64,000 bases of DNA, from positions 12,842-76,841 of the forward strand of contig SKXQ01000023.1 of the NCBI GenBank assembly GCA_007128315.1, read 5' to 3'. This DNA comes from Spirochaetaceae bacterium (GTDB lineage Bacteria; Spirochaetota; Spirochaetia; DSM-27196; SKKC01). Both the position numbers and the translations under genes were made by a program. Below, piece after piece: positions 34,188 through 43,969 of this stretch (position 1 is its first letter; every line of letters begins with the position of its first letter). The notes under the pieces were generated by a model that saw only the letters and a list, made by a program, of their open reading frames with translations, made no database searches and was not told the DNA's origin.

Positions 34188-35312
34188 ATGCGCACACTGA
34201 AAGTCTTTTTTCTGGTAACGATGCCCGTCTTATGTGCATTCGCGGCTGGAGCGCAGAGTTCCAACGACGTATACGAGTCTGAAGAACACTCGTTTCGACT
34301 GGTCCGGGAGGTCGGTGGCCTGGAGAACCCCTGGTCACTTGCATACCTGCCTGACGGGAGACTGCTTGTCAGCGAACGTGCGGGTCGCCTGAACATCATC
34401 GACGGTTCCGAAAGAACCGAGGTAAACGGCCTGCCCGAAATCGCGGCAACCGGTCAGGGGGGACTGCTCGACATTGCGCTCCATCCGGATTTTGAAAAGA
34501 ACGGACTGGTATTCTACACCTACGCCGCACGTGGAAGCGGCGGGGCAGGCACCGCGCTCGGCAGGGGACGTCTTGAGGGGACGTCACTGCAGAATGTCGA
34601 GCAGCTGTTTCTCATGAACGAGTTGAGCAGTGCAGGTCAGCACTTCGGTTCCCGCCTCGTATTTCTCGACGACGGCACCCTGCTGTTCACGATCGGGGAC
34701 CGCGGGCAACGCACGCGGTCACAGAACTTCCGGGACCACGCCGGAGGTACGATCAGACTGAACGACGACGGAACCGTTCCCGATGACAACCCCTGGGTAG
34801 GGAACGATGACTACGCTTCTGAGTTCTTCACCGTCGGCAACCGCAACGCTCAGGGTATGGCTATACATCCCCGGACCGGGCAGATCTGGCAGAGCGAACA
34901 CGGTCCACGAGGTGGCGACGAGCTGAACCTCATCGAAGCGGGGAGGAACTACGGATGGCCGGTAGTATCACAGGGTACCGAATACTCAACCGGGGCCGAG
35001 ATCGGCGCAGCCGGACGGGAAGGAATGACGAACCCGGTCCATTACTGGACACCTGCCATAGCACCATCGGGAATGACCTTCTATACGGGAGACGCCTTCC
35101 CGGCGTGGCAGGATAACCTGTTCCTCGCCTCACTCGTGCAGCAGCAGCTGCACCGACTGGTGATCGAGGGAGAGGAGCTGGTCCACGAGGAAGTGCTTCT
35201 GTCTCGACAGATTGGACGTATACGTTATATTGTTCAGGGGCCCGACGGGCTGCTCCGTGTACTTAGCGACGAGCGCGACGGAGGGCTCTATAGAATCGAA
35301 CCCGCACATTAG
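34188..35312 (+). CDS. PQQ-dependent soluble sugar (aldose/sorbosone) dehydrogenase, YliI-like beta-propeller
   Basis: Signal peptide. GGLLDIALHPDFEKNG, TIGDRG, GNRNAQGMAIHP, SEHGPRGGDELN, NYGWP. Confidence 0.82.
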   Translation: MRTLKVFFLVTMPVLCAFAAGAQSSNDVYESEEHSFRLVREVGGLENPWSLAYLPDGRLLVSERAGRLNIIDGSERTEVNGLPEIAATGQGGLLDIALHPDFEKNGLVFYTYAARGSGGAGTALGRGRLEGTSLQNVEQLFLMNELSSAGQHFGSRLVFLDDGTLLFTIGDRGQRTRSQNFRDHAGGTIRLNDDGTVPDDNPWVGNDDYASEFFTVGNRNAQGMAIHPRTGQIWQSEHGPRGGDELNLIEAGRNYGWPVVSQGTEYSTGAEIGAAGREGMTNPVHYWTPAIAPSGMTFYTGDAFPAWQDNLFLASLVQQQLHRLVIEGEELVHEEVLLSRQIGRIRYIVQGPDGLLRVLSDERDGGLYRIEPAH

Positions 35313-35334
35313 ACTGTTGAAGGAACATCTGACT

Positions 35335-36402
35335 ATGCCGTGTAAGATCTGCGAAGTGCTGCCCACAACCCTGTCGGGTCAGATAGACGTGTATATATCG
35401 GCACCCCTGGTTATTATCGAAGAGACGATCCGAGAAGCTTTTGAGACCAATGCCGTTCAGGCGGAGCATCTGTTTGACGGCATCAGTCGGTTCCGCGTTT
35501 CGGCTGAAACGCTCGAAAAAGTGTGCGATTCCGGACTCTCCGCTTTGAGTTCACGCGCACAGCGCGACACCAGAGCGCTGATCGTCGAGTCCGGAGTGCA
35601 GACTACGATCCGCAATCTCGTACACATGCAGTCGCTCGAGGAGATGATCGCCGACGTGCAGGGAGGGAGCATCGTTGAGATGCTCAGGTCGAAACGACTG
35701 GAAACCTGGTTTCAGCCCATTGTACGGGTTGCAGACCAGAGCCTCTTCGCCTACGAGTGCCTCAGCCGGGGACGTGGTGCGGACGGGGGGCTGATACGCC
35801 CGGACATTCTTTTCGGCATTGCCCGGAAGTCAAACCTCCTGTACTATCTCGATCGGGACGCCCGGATTACGGCGATACGAAACGCGGCCCGCCTCGGGAT
35901 CACATCGAAGGTTTTCATTAACTTCAATCCCACCTCAATCTACTCACCGGAAACCTGCCTTCAGACAACTATTCATGCGCTCGAGGAATCGAGTCTGCAA
36001 ACAGACCAGATCGTCTTTGAAATCGTCGAAAGCGACCGTGTAGCAGACATGAGCCAGCTGACGGCCATTCTGGATCACTATCGATCCCGGAACTTCAAGG
36101 TCGCCCTCGACGATCTCGGTGCCGGCTTCAACTCACTCACCTCGCTCGATAAACTTCGACCGGACTACGTGAAGCTCGATCTTGAACTGACCCGAAACGT
36201 TGACTCCGACCCGTACAAGGCCCGCATCTGCGAGAATCTGCTGTCTATGGCGAACAAGCTCGGAGTTGATACGATCGTCGAAGGCATTGAGACACCTGCA
36301 GAGTACCGCTGGATCAGCGATCACGGAGCAACGCATGTGCAGGGCTACCTCATCGCCCGTCCGGCGGCAGACCCTCCGGCACCGGATTTCTCCTGGATGT
36401 GA
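35335..36402 (+). CDS. EAL-domain cyclic-di-GMP phosphodiesterase with uncharacterised N-terminal domain
   Basis: FQPIV...YECLSRG (EAL variant ECL), FINFNP, EIVES, DDLGAG, KLD, EGIE and QGY all present. Start moved to ATG 35335 (AAGGA upstream) to remove overlap with the dehydrogenase. Confidence 0.82.
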   Translation: MPCKICEVLPTTLSGQIDVYISAPLVIIEETIREAFETNAVQAEHLFDGISRFRVSAETLEKVCDSGLSALSSRAQRDTRALIVESGVQTTIRNLVHMQSLEEMIADVQGGSIVEMLRSKRLETWFQPIVRVADQSLFAYECLSRGRGADGGLIRPDILFGIARKSNLLYYLDRDARITAIRNAARLGITSKVFINFNPTSIYSPETCLQTTIHALEESSLQTDQIVFEIVESDRVADMSQLTAILDHYRSRNFKVALDDLGAGFNSLTSLDKLRPDYVKLDLELTRNVDSDPYKARICENLLSMANKLGVDTIVEGIETPAEYRWISDHGATHVQGYLIARPAADPPAPDFSWM

Positions 36403-36423
36403 GGCTGAGATCCGCCGCGGACG

Positions 36424-37458
36424 CTACGAAGCCGGAGCCGACGCTGAGGATCTGATACTGATGTGCGTCGGAAGCACCAGTCGGCGTGACTTCCGGGCCT
36501 TCCCGTTTTCGCTTAATCGCTCGACAAGCAGGGATACCGCTGCCGATCCCATTCCGGCTGCCGGAAGAGCTACCGAGGTCAGGGGCGGATTCATGTAACG
36601 ACTGAGATAATCGTCGTCGAAGCCGACGACAGATATTTCGTCCGGCACCGCAACGTTCTTTTCACGGGCCGCAAGCAGGGCTCCATAGGCAACAACATCG
36701 TTCCCCGAGAAGACCGCTGTGGGTCTGTCCCTCAGCGAGAGTAGTTCTATCATGGCGTCGTGCCCGGACCGTTCAGAGAAGTCTGCGCAACGAACGAGGG
36801 CCTCGTCGTACTGGATTCCCGCGTTGTGCAGAGCGTCCTTGTATCCCTCGAAACGCGCCGAAGATGCGGTAAACGAAAGCGCCGCGTGGGTGATCATGGC
36901 GATACGTGTATGTCCGAGGCCGAGCAGGTACTCGACGATCTGTCGCGCAGCTCCCCGGTTGTCGACAAACACCTGATCCACATCGAGATCGCCGAGATCA
37001 TCAAGGCTTACGACCGGTATTCGCGAACCAATCAGCTCTGACAGCCCGTCATCACCTGCTCTGGTGTTGATCAGAATGATGCCGTCGAGATTGTCGTGTC
37101 GGACGAGATCGACGTAACTGCCGGAGTAGCTCTGCGATATGGGCTGAATGATCAGCTGCACCCTGTGCCGGTTGACGGCCTGCGACATCCCCTCAACTGT
37201 GCGAACAATGAATGCGTCGGTGTACACATACTGCGTGTGCCGAACGTACAGGCCGACGGTCTGCCGGCGGGCCATGGCAACGCGTCGTGCACTTTCGTCG
37301 GGGGTATAACCGAGCTCTCGCATAGCCGCGAGCACGCGCTGTCGGGTGTCTTCGGAAATGCTTTTCCCCGGAGTGTTGTTGACCACAAAGGAAACAGTAG
37401 TCCTTGAGACACCGGCTTTCTGTGCCACATCTGCTGCTGAGACGCGCTTCTGTTCCAT
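36424..37458 (-). CDS. LacI-family transcriptional regulator
   Basis: N-terminal VSAADVAQKAGVSRTTVSFVVNN HTH and a periplasmic-binding-protein-like effector domain. Confidence 0.9.
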   Translation of the reverse strand: MEQKRVSAADVAQKAGVSRTTVSFVVNNTPGKSISEDTRQRVLAAMRELGYTPDESARRVAMARRQTVGLYVRHTQYVYTDAFIVRTVEGMSQAVNRHRVQLIIQPISQSYSGSYVDLVRHDNLDGIILINTRAGDDGLSELIGSRIPVVSLDDLGDLDVDQVFVDNRGAARQIVEYLLGLGHTRIAMITHAALSFTASSARFEGYKDALHNAGIQYDEALVRCADFSERSGHDAMIELLSLRDRPTAVFSGNDVVAYGALLAAREKNVAVPDEISVVGFDDDYLSRYMNPPLTSVALPAAGMGSAAVSLLVERLSENGKARKSRRLVLPTHISIRSSASAPAS

Positions 37459-37525
37459 AGTGCCTTAACTTCCCCTGAGATCATACGGGCCGGCTCACAC
37501 CGACCCCCACAATCGATCGAATGCT

Positions 37526-38482
37526 CTATCCCTTAACCGAACCGGCCATCATTCCCCGTACGAAGTAGCGCTGCATGGAGAAAAAGATGATGAGAGGCAC
37601 AATCATAGTGACAAAGGCTCCGGATGTCAGCACATGCCAGGACTGACCGCGACTGCCGACAAGCTCGGCGAGTCGGGTGGTGACAATAGGGCGCCGGGTA
37701 CCGAAGAACACCAGAGCAACAAGGAGGTCGTTCCATACCCACAGAAACTGGAAGATCGCAAAGGACGCAATCGCCGGAACAGAGAGCGGCAGGATCAGAC
37801 GCGTAAAGAGCATCCACGGCGTAGCACCGTCGGCGTACGCCGACTCGAGTATGGACTTGGGTATCCCTGAAATATAACCGTACATTATGTAGGTCGCCAG
37901 CGGCAGTCCGAAGCCGGTATGCGCCAGCCACATGCCGACAAAGGTTCCGCTTATGTTGTTTGCCGTATACACGCGGAGAACCGGTATCAGCGCCATCTGC
38001 AGGGGCACGATCAGAAGCCCGACGATCATCACAAAGAGGAACTGCCGCCCCGGAAACTTCATCCACGATACCGCGTATGCGGCGAAGGCGGCCATGGTAA
38101 TGGGAATGACGGTCGCCGGAAGCGTAATCAGAATAGAGTTGAAAAACGCTCCTGCCATGCCGTCGGCAGTCAGGACCCGATCATAATTTGCGAGTGTCCA
38201 CTGCTCAAAGTTCGTGAAGTTGAACAGGCCGACCCACCAGCCGGACTGCTGTATCGCCGTCTGCGTCCGAAAACTGGATACCAGGAGCCCCATTGTCGGC
38301 AGTGTCCAGATTGCCAGAATGACGATAACAAATATCCGCACCGGTATGCCGCCGATGATCCGCTTCGCCTTCATGGAGCCGAGTATGGAACCTCGAGCAC
38401 CGGCTGCGTGACGAAGTTCGCTCTCGCGTGCGGCGAGCCCTTCTGCGTGTTCCTGCTGTTGTGTTGCTGTATTCTGTGCCAT
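37526..38482 (-). CDS. Carbohydrate ABC transporter permease (MalG/CUT1 type)
   Basis: 6-TM BPD_transp_1 pattern with EAA loop (ILESAYADGATPWMLFTRLILP). Start set to ATG 38482, preceded by AGGAGG. Confidence 0.85.
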   Translation of the reverse strand: MAQNTATQQQEHAEGLAARESELRHAAGARGSILGSMKAKRIIGGIPVRIFVIVILAIWTLPTMGLLVSSFRTQTAIQQSGWWVGLFNFTNFEQWTLANYDRVLTADGMAGAFFNSILITLPATVIPITMAAFAAYAVSWMKFPGRQFLFVMIVGLLIVPLQMALIPVLRVYTANNISGTFVGMWLAHTGFGLPLATYIMYGYISGIPKSILESAYADGATPWMLFTRLILPLSVPAIASFAIFQFLWVWNDLLVALVFFGTRRPIVTTRLAELVGSRGQSWHVLTSGAFVTMIVPLIIFFSMQRYFVRGMMAGSVKG

Positions 38483-38492
38483 GTCGGTCCTC

Positions 38493-39596
38493 CTAGAAAC
38501 TCTTCTCGCGCATCGAGCGAACATTCTGTATCAGCAGTGGTATGACCACGACAAACAGAAATACGGCGAGCGCACTACCACGCCCGAAGTTACGGAACTG
38601 GAAGGCTTCCTGATACATGCGCAGCGCGACGATGTTCGTGCCGTGCTGACCGCTGGTCATGACGTACACGACGTCAAAAATCTTCAACACCAGGAAGAGA
38701 ATGGTCGTTCCCACCGTCAGTATGGTTCCGGCGATATACGGGATCGTGACGCTGAAGAAGCTGCGTACTTCGTTCGCACCGTCGATGCGGGCTGCTTCCA
38801 GCAGATCCTTGGGAACACCTTTGACCGCCGCACTCAGAATGACCATGGCAAAGCCGGTCTGCAGCCAGACCATGATGAACATGAGCAGGAGGTTGTTCCA
38901 GGGACGGATTATTATCCATGCGACCGGATCGGCACCAAAAAAGGTCACGATCGCGTTCAGCAGACCGATCTGGGGTAAGCCGGGAGGCTGATATGCGTAC
39001 ACAAAGCGCCAGATAACGCTCGCACCGACAAATGAAATCGCCATCGGAAGAAATATCAGCGACTTCACGACCTTTTCGCTCGTCGTGCTGAACCGATCGG
39101 TCATGACCGCTATCAGAAGGCCAAGCGACGTTGCAACCGTCGGTACCAGTACGACCCAGAGTACCGTATTGACAAGAACCGTCCGCATTGCGGAGCTCTG
39201 GAAGATGAAAATGTAGTTCGCGAGCCCGACGTACTCGCCCCGCTCGAAGAAGCTGAGCCACAGCGTGTTCAGACTCGGCCAGACCAGGAAAAAGCCCAGC
39301 GATACCAGTGCAGGCCCCAGGAACACCCAGGGTAAGACCTTGTCGCGCGCGGTCTCCGGCAGGACTTCGGCCAGACCGTTAAGCGAAAAATACAGCGCCC
39401 AGATTCCACCGACACCGATCGTGAGCGCGGTCAGGGCGACGATAACGCGAGGCGCCGTGGCTGCGTTGTCGCGAAGGTAGACAAAACCGCCGCCAAGCAC
39501 GACTACCGTGACAACCATGGATACGATTGACAGGGTAATCCTGGCCGGGACGGAATCGAGCCGTTCACGGAGTGTTGGTTTCGTTATATCACTCAT
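38493..39596 (-). CDS. Carbohydrate ABC transporter permease (MalF/CUT1 type)
   Basis: EAA loop LLEAARIDGANEVRSFFSVTIP. Start set to ATG 39596, preceded by AAAGGTGGG. Confidence 0.85.
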   Translation of the reverse strand: MSDITKPTLRERLDSVPARITLSIVSMVVTVVVLGGGFVYLRDNAATAPRVIVALTALTIGVGGIWALYFSLNGLAEVLPETARDKVLPWVFLGPALVSLGFFLVWPSLNTLWLSFFERGEYVGLANYIFIFQSSAMRTVLVNTVLWVVLVPTVATSLGLLIAVMTDRFSTTSEKVVKSLIFLPMAISFVGASVIWRFVYAYQPPGLPQIGLLNAIVTFFGADPVAWIIIRPWNNLLLMFIMVWLQTGFAMVILSAAVKGVPKDLLEAARIDGANEVRSFFSVTIPYIAGTILTVGTTILFLVLKIFDVVYVMTSGQHGTNIVALRMYQEAFQFRNFGRGSALAVFLFVVVIPLLIQNVRSMREKSF

Positions 39597-39688
39597 TCGT
39601 TCCCACCTTTCCATTGTGTGCCTTCACACAGATATTCCAGCGATTACCCCGCGGCACATAAACCCGCCCGCGGGAACTGGAAACACTG

Positions 39689-39721
39689 CAAAAAAAGGCG
39701 CGACAGAAAAGCTGTCGCGCC
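39689..39721 (-). terminator. Rho-independent terminator/attenuator between the binding-protein gene and the permease genes
   Basis: The minus strand reads ggcgcgacag-cuuuu-cugucgcgcc (10-bp GC-rich stem) followed by UUUUUUU. It begins 28 nt after the binding-protein stop. Confidence 0.75.
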
Positions 39722-39749
39722 GGTTTCAAAGCGCTCGTCTACCCGCGCC

Positions 39750-41081
39750 TCAGCGTGGGAACGATTCGTCGATTTCAGCAAGCACCGAATCGATGTCCTC
39801 ACCCGAAACGATGTCGACCATACCGGTCCAGAAACTGCCTGCGCCGACGACACCAGGCATGAGGTCGGAGGCGTCGAATCGGACAACATCCGCATTCAGG
39901 AGGATCTCTGCATACCCTCGATCAAGACCGGGGTACCAGTCGAGACTCGCGTCTTCGTGTGGAGCGACAAAGCCGCCCTGTTCAAGCCATCCACGCGTGC
40001 TTTCGCCGTGCGCGAGATAGCGCAGGACCGCACGAATTTCGGGTCGGTCGCGCATGGGGCTCATGATGTCCCCTGCGGTCAGCACGGGGCTGCCCATGGC
40101 GGGATCGATAGGTGGCAGATAGAAGAAGTTCACGTCGCCGTCGGGACCAATGTCGGTTCCGTCGGGCATGAACCCGGTAATGAAGCTCGCCTGGCGGTGC
40201 ATGAGTGCCTGCGGAGGATCAGTTACCAGCGGTGCAGGACCGTCACCGAAGGGTACCGTCAGTATGCTGCTCGTGCCACCGAGAACGTAATCGTCGTTGA
40301 ACCAGATCTCGAGCATGATGTCGAGGGCTTCGCGGAACTCGGGACTGTCAAAGCCCAGATCGCCAGCTACCCAGTCGTCGTACACCTCGGGAGGATGTAT
40401 GCGAAGCATGATATCTTCGAGCCAGTCGGTCGCGACCCAACCGGTTGCACCGGCACTTTCGATGGCAATCGACCACGGTGTGAAACCGTCGGCGACCATC
40501 TGATCGGAAAGCGCAAGGAGTTCGTCCCAGGTTTCAGGAATTTCGTAGCCCTGCGCGGCGAACACCCTCGGTGGGTACCATACAAGGCTCTTCACGCTCG
40601 CCCGGTACCAGACGCCAGCCACTTCGTCGTCGACCATGCTGTCGGCGATCCAGCCGGGGTTGTACTGCTGCTCGAGGAACGACATGTCAAACCAGTCGAG
40701 AACGTTCAGGATGTATCCCTGGCTGTGCAGATCCCTCATAAGTCCCGGCTGCGGAAAGGCAGCAATGTCGGGTGGGTCGCCACCTTCGGTCCGGACGGTA
40801 ATGAGCGACTCGAAGTCTCCCGAACCCTCATATACCACGTTGATTCCGGTTTCTTCGATGAACGGCGCCATCGCGGTACGGAACCGTGATGCATCCTCAT
40901 CTACAAATGCACCGAATATGTTGACTTCCGTCCCGGAAAGATCCTGACCGTCAGTCCAGGGATTTCCCGTCGGATTTGTTGCTTCGACGGTCGGCTCGGC
41001 GGCACCACCACCAAACACTACCGGCGCGGTAAAGGCCAGAAGAACCATTACAGCGAGAAACAGCTTTGCTACATTTTTCAT
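39750..41081 (-). CDS. Extracellular solute-binding protein, carbohydrate ABC transporter (family 1)
   Basis: Signal peptide (MKNVAKLFLAVMVLLAFTAPVVFGGG) and the typical SBP_bac_1 layout. GAGGAGG RBS. Confidence 0.85.
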   Translation of the reverse strand: MKNVAKLFLAVMVLLAFTAPVVFGGGAAEPTVEATNPTGNPWTDGQDLSGTEVNIFGAFVDEDASRFRTAMAPFIEETGINVVYEGSGDFESLITVRTEGGDPPDIAAFPQPGLMRDLHSQGYILNVLDWFDMSFLEQQYNPGWIADSMVDDEVAGVWYRASVKSLVWYPPRVFAAQGYEIPETWDELLALSDQMVADGFTPWSIAIESAGATGWVATDWLEDIMLRIHPPEVYDDWVAGDLGFDSPEFREALDIMLEIWFNDDYVLGGTSSILTVPFGDGPAPLVTDPPQALMHRQASFITGFMPDGTDIGPDGDVNFFYLPPIDPAMGSPVLTAGDIMSPMRDRPEIRAVLRYLAHGESTRGWLEQGGFVAPHEDASLDWYPGLDRGYAEILLNADVVRFDASDLMPGVVGAGSFWTGMVDIVSGEDIDSVLAEIDESFPR

Positions 41082-41137
41082 GCAGATAGCCTCCTCAAAA
41101 GAGTGTGTGATTACCCGATCTGAATGATCGGAAGAAC

Positions 41138-41167
41138 ACGTCCGCGTTACTAACGTCCGCGTTACTA
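41138..41167. repeat. Perfect tandem duplication of a 15-mer (acgtccgcgttacta x2) in the binding-protein gene leader
   Basis: Read directly: 41138-41152 and 41153-41167 are identical. The junction creates the 11-bp palindrome cgttactaacg. Confidence 0.9.
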
Positions 41168-41172
41168 ATCAC

Positions 41173-41202
41173 ATCATAAGGGGGGAATTTACATTCTTGC
41201 AA
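41173..41202 (-). promoter_or_regulatory. Putative sigma-70-type promoter of the sugar ABC operon
   Basis: Minus strand: TTGCAA (41202-41197), 18-nt spacer, TATGAT (41178-41173). The tandem 15-mers start just downstream of the predicted start site. Confidence 0.45.
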
Positions 41203-41250
41203 GGAAAAACTGCTGCGGTTTCGCGGAAAAAGACGATACATGGCGCTGCA

Positions 41251-41283
41251 CCGGTGCCCGAATCGAGGCATGTCGGGCACCGG
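41251..41283 (-). terminator. Stable hairpin 20 nt downstream of htrA (possible terminator or RNA-stability element; no adjacent U-tract)
   Basis: ccggtgcccga / tcgggcaccgg: 11-bp perfect stem, 11-nt loop. Confidence 0.3.
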
Positions 41284-41302
41284 GCCTCACATGAATCGGT
41301 AA

Positions 41303-42832
41303 TCAGCGCCCGAGACCTTCGATCCCCAGCGTTATCGGCGTGCCTCCGCGATTGATGCGAAACATGACTTCGGGGCCACTGCGGGCAAGGCGATCATAGA
41401 ACTGACTCACCGTCGCCACAGACGCGCCATCGACCTGAGTAATCACGTCATCAACACGCAGTCCGGCATGGCCGGCCGGTGAGCGCTGATCGACAGCAAC
41501 AACCCGGACGCCACCAGTTTCTTCCTCGTCGGCGGGAAACACGGTCAGACCCGGCCACAGACCTTCCAGACCCTGTGCGACCTCCGCGCTGCGACGCTCC
41601 GTCGTGACCGTTAGTGTGCGCTCCTGACCCTGGCGGAAAATGGCGAAGGACGTCTCGGTACCGGGAGCGAGATTCCCGACTGCTCGACTCGCCTCCCTGG
41701 CATCGGCGACCGCCCGTCCGCCGACCCTCTGGATAAGATCGCCCGGGCGTATTCCCGCCTGTGCGGCCGGGGAACCCCGCCACACATTGGTGACAAGTGC
41801 GCCGCGACGGGAATCGATGTCGAGAGCCTCGAACAGGGGGCGCATGGACTCGTTCCCGGTATCGGTAAGACTTACGCCGAGCCAGCCGAAGACCACTTCG
41901 CCTTCCTGGAGAAAGTCTTCGATCGCGCGCATTGCCTGATTGATCGGAATCGCGAATCCAAGCCCGACGCTTCCACCACCCTGGGACGCAATCCAGGTGT
42001 TTATTCCGATGACCTCTCCTGTGGTACTCACCAGGGCGCCACCGGAGTTCCCGGGATTGATTGCCGCGTCTGTCTGTATGTAATCGGTAAAGTCGGCAAC
42101 ACCAGAGCCCGGACTGGCCTGTCGGCCCATGGCGCTGACTATACCGGCGGTGACCGTGCTTTCAAAGCCGAAGGGGTTTCCCATTGCCAGCACCCAGTCG
42201 CCGACATGAAGATCCCCGGAATCGCCCAGACGGGCAACGGGAACCTGCTCTTCCGTTTCGATCCTGATCAGCGCGAGATCCAGCCTCGGTTCACCGCCGA
42301 CAAGCTCGGCCTCGAATTCGCGCCCATCGTACAGACCGACCATGATCTCGGTCGCGTTGGTGACGACATGATCGTTGGTCAGCACGTACACGACGCCTGG
42401 ATCCTGCCGGACAATTACCCCGGATCCGAGGCCGGGACGCCGGAACTCCTGCTCCCGGGGCGGACTCATGTCCCAGGGATTAAAGAAGAAGTCGAACGGA
42501 GATCTGCCCTGTGGAACCTGTCGGCGGACAACAGACACGGTGGAGATCTCCACGACGGCGGGTAGCACCTCCGCGACAACGTTACGGAAACTTCCCGGCC
42601 CGTTTCCGTAGGAAGCGGGACTGCCAACCGGGATATCGACGGTCCGAAGAGCCCGAGCCCGGCCTTCGACGTCCGAAACGTGTCGGAACGCCTCTGAGGA
42701 GAGCAGCTGAGCTTCGACCTGCCCGGACAGGTCGCTCACGGCCAGAAACCGTCCGCTGGCCACGCCGCCTGCATAGCCAAGCAGGAGAATCAGTAAGCAT
42801 ACGCTCGTGTATTTCCAGAAATTCGATTTCAT
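41303..42832 (-). CDS. htrA: Periplasmic serine endoprotease, HtrA/DegP/DegQ family (trypsin domain + 2 PDZ)
   Basis: GSGVIV, TNDHV (His), D in LALIRI, TDAAINPGNSGGAL (Ser), and two PDZ-like segments. Confidence 0.92.
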   Translation of the reverse strand: MKSNFWKYTSVCLLILLLGYAGGVASGRFLAVSDLSGQVEAQLLSSEAFRHVSDVEGRARALRTVDIPVGSPASYGNGPGSFRNVVAEVLPAVVEISTVSVVRRQVPQGRSPFDFFFNPWDMSPPREQEFRRPGLGSGVIVRQDPGVVYVLTNDHVVTNATEIMVGLYDGREFEAELVGGEPRLDLALIRIETEEQVPVARLGDSGDLHVGDWVLAMGNPFGFESTVTAGIVSAMGRQASPGSGVADFTDYIQTDAAINPGNSGGALVSTTGEVIGINTWIASQGGGSVGLGFAIPINQAMRAIEDFLQEGEVVFGWLGVSLTDTGNESMRPLFEALDIDSRRGALVTNVWRGSPAAQAGIRPGDLIQRVGGRAVADAREASRAVGNLAPGTETSFAIFRQGQERTLTVTTERRSAEVAQGLEGLWPGLTVFPADEEETGGVRVVAVDQRSPAGHAGLRVDDVITQVDGASVATVSQFYDRLARSGPEVMFRINRGGTPITLGIEGLGR

Positions 42833-42976
42833 ATCGACCTCCGAAATCGAGTTGTGTTTGTTTATGTAAAAATAATAACACTCATACGTATCGGGGCGGA
42901 AATTACAGAACTGTCATGTCAGAAGGTGTGCTTGCCGGTACCGCACACGGTCTGTATGATCAGATCACAGGTACAT

Positions 42977-43969
42977 ATGGCGCTCATAGACAAGCTTCCC
43001 GAGATCAGGACGGTACAAAGACTGCTGGATGTTTCGCGTCGGATCTCCGTTCCCGGATTCGACGGACTCTCGGTATACGAGGTAGGCAGATTCTTTATAA
43101 TCGGCTTGAGAAATGGAGCAATAACAACGAGGGGTTCGGGAATCGCATTCCGGATATTCTTGAGTATCTTCCCGGCGGTGCTGTTTCTTATCACGCTGAT
43201 TCCCTACATACCGATAGAGAATTTTCAGGAGACCCTTCTCGCACTTCTGACCGGTGCGTTGCCCGTGGAAGTCGCTGATCTCGTTGAAGACACGTTTCGT
43301 GATCTGCTCGTCAGTCAGCGCGCCGGACTGCTCTCGGCTACATTTGTGCTGTCCCTCTACGCCGCGACACGCAGCATGCTCGGCATTATCCGCTCTTTCG
43401 ACGCGAGTTATCACGACTTTGCAACCCACCCCCGTCCGGTGCAGTGGCTCGTCAGTATCGGTCTTGTAGGTCTGCTCTTCGGGCTTATAATTCTCGCGAG
43501 CGTTCTGCAGATCGCCGGCAGTACGATTATTTCTTTTGTCGGCACCCTCGGGATAATCGGCGACGGACCACTTGTCGTGGCCATCAATATCGGGCGCATC
43601 GCCCTCGCCGCAGCGTTAGTCCTGACTGGCGTGTCGGCTATCTATTACTGGGCGCCAGCCGCGGGAGCACGGAGCAAATTCGCGTCACCTGGATCGCTCC
43701 TGGCTACGGTCGCGATAGCCGTCGTAAATGGCGGGTTCAACTTTTACGTTGAGAACCTGAGCAACTGGAACGCGATTTACGGAACGATAGGTACCATCGT
43801 CATGCTTCTTCTGTGGCTGTACGCCGTCTCCATGGTACTGCTCATCGGATTCGAGCTGAACGTGAGCATCTCGGAGGCCGGATCAAACGGCTCGCCCTCG
43901 GACACGTTCAAGGCCCGGGAACAGGAAATCGACGACGGAACCGCGTCGCATCATCGGCACGAGCATTGA
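42977..43969 (+). CDS. YihY/BrkB (virulence factor BrkB / former RNase BN) family membrane protein
   Basis: Typical N-terminus (GAITTRGSGIAFRIFLSIFPAVLFLI), 6 TM helices, YGTIGTIVMLLLWLY. Start moved to ATG 42977. Confidence 0.75.
   Translation: MALIDKLPEIRTVQRLLDVSRRISVPGFDGLSVYEVGRFFIIGLRNGAITTRGSGIAFRIFLSIFPAVLFLITLIPYIPIENFQETLLALLTGALPVEVADLVEDTFRDLLVSQRAGLLSATFVLSLYAATRSMLGIIRSFDASYHDFATHPRPVQWLVSIGLVGLLFGLIILASVLQIAGSTIISFVGTLGIIGDGPLVVAINIGRIALAAALVLTGVSAIYYWAPAAGARSKFASPGSLLATVAIAVVNGGFNFYVENLSNWNAIYGTIGTIVMLLLWLYAVSMVLLIGFELNVSISEAGSNGSPSDTFKAREQEIDDGTASHHRHEH

Noticed and set aside
39618-40889. 423-aa plus-strand ORF antisense to the sugar-binding protein gene
   Set aside because: A shadow ORF. 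The minus-strand product has a signal peptide, an RBS and the SBP layout, whereas this one has none of those.
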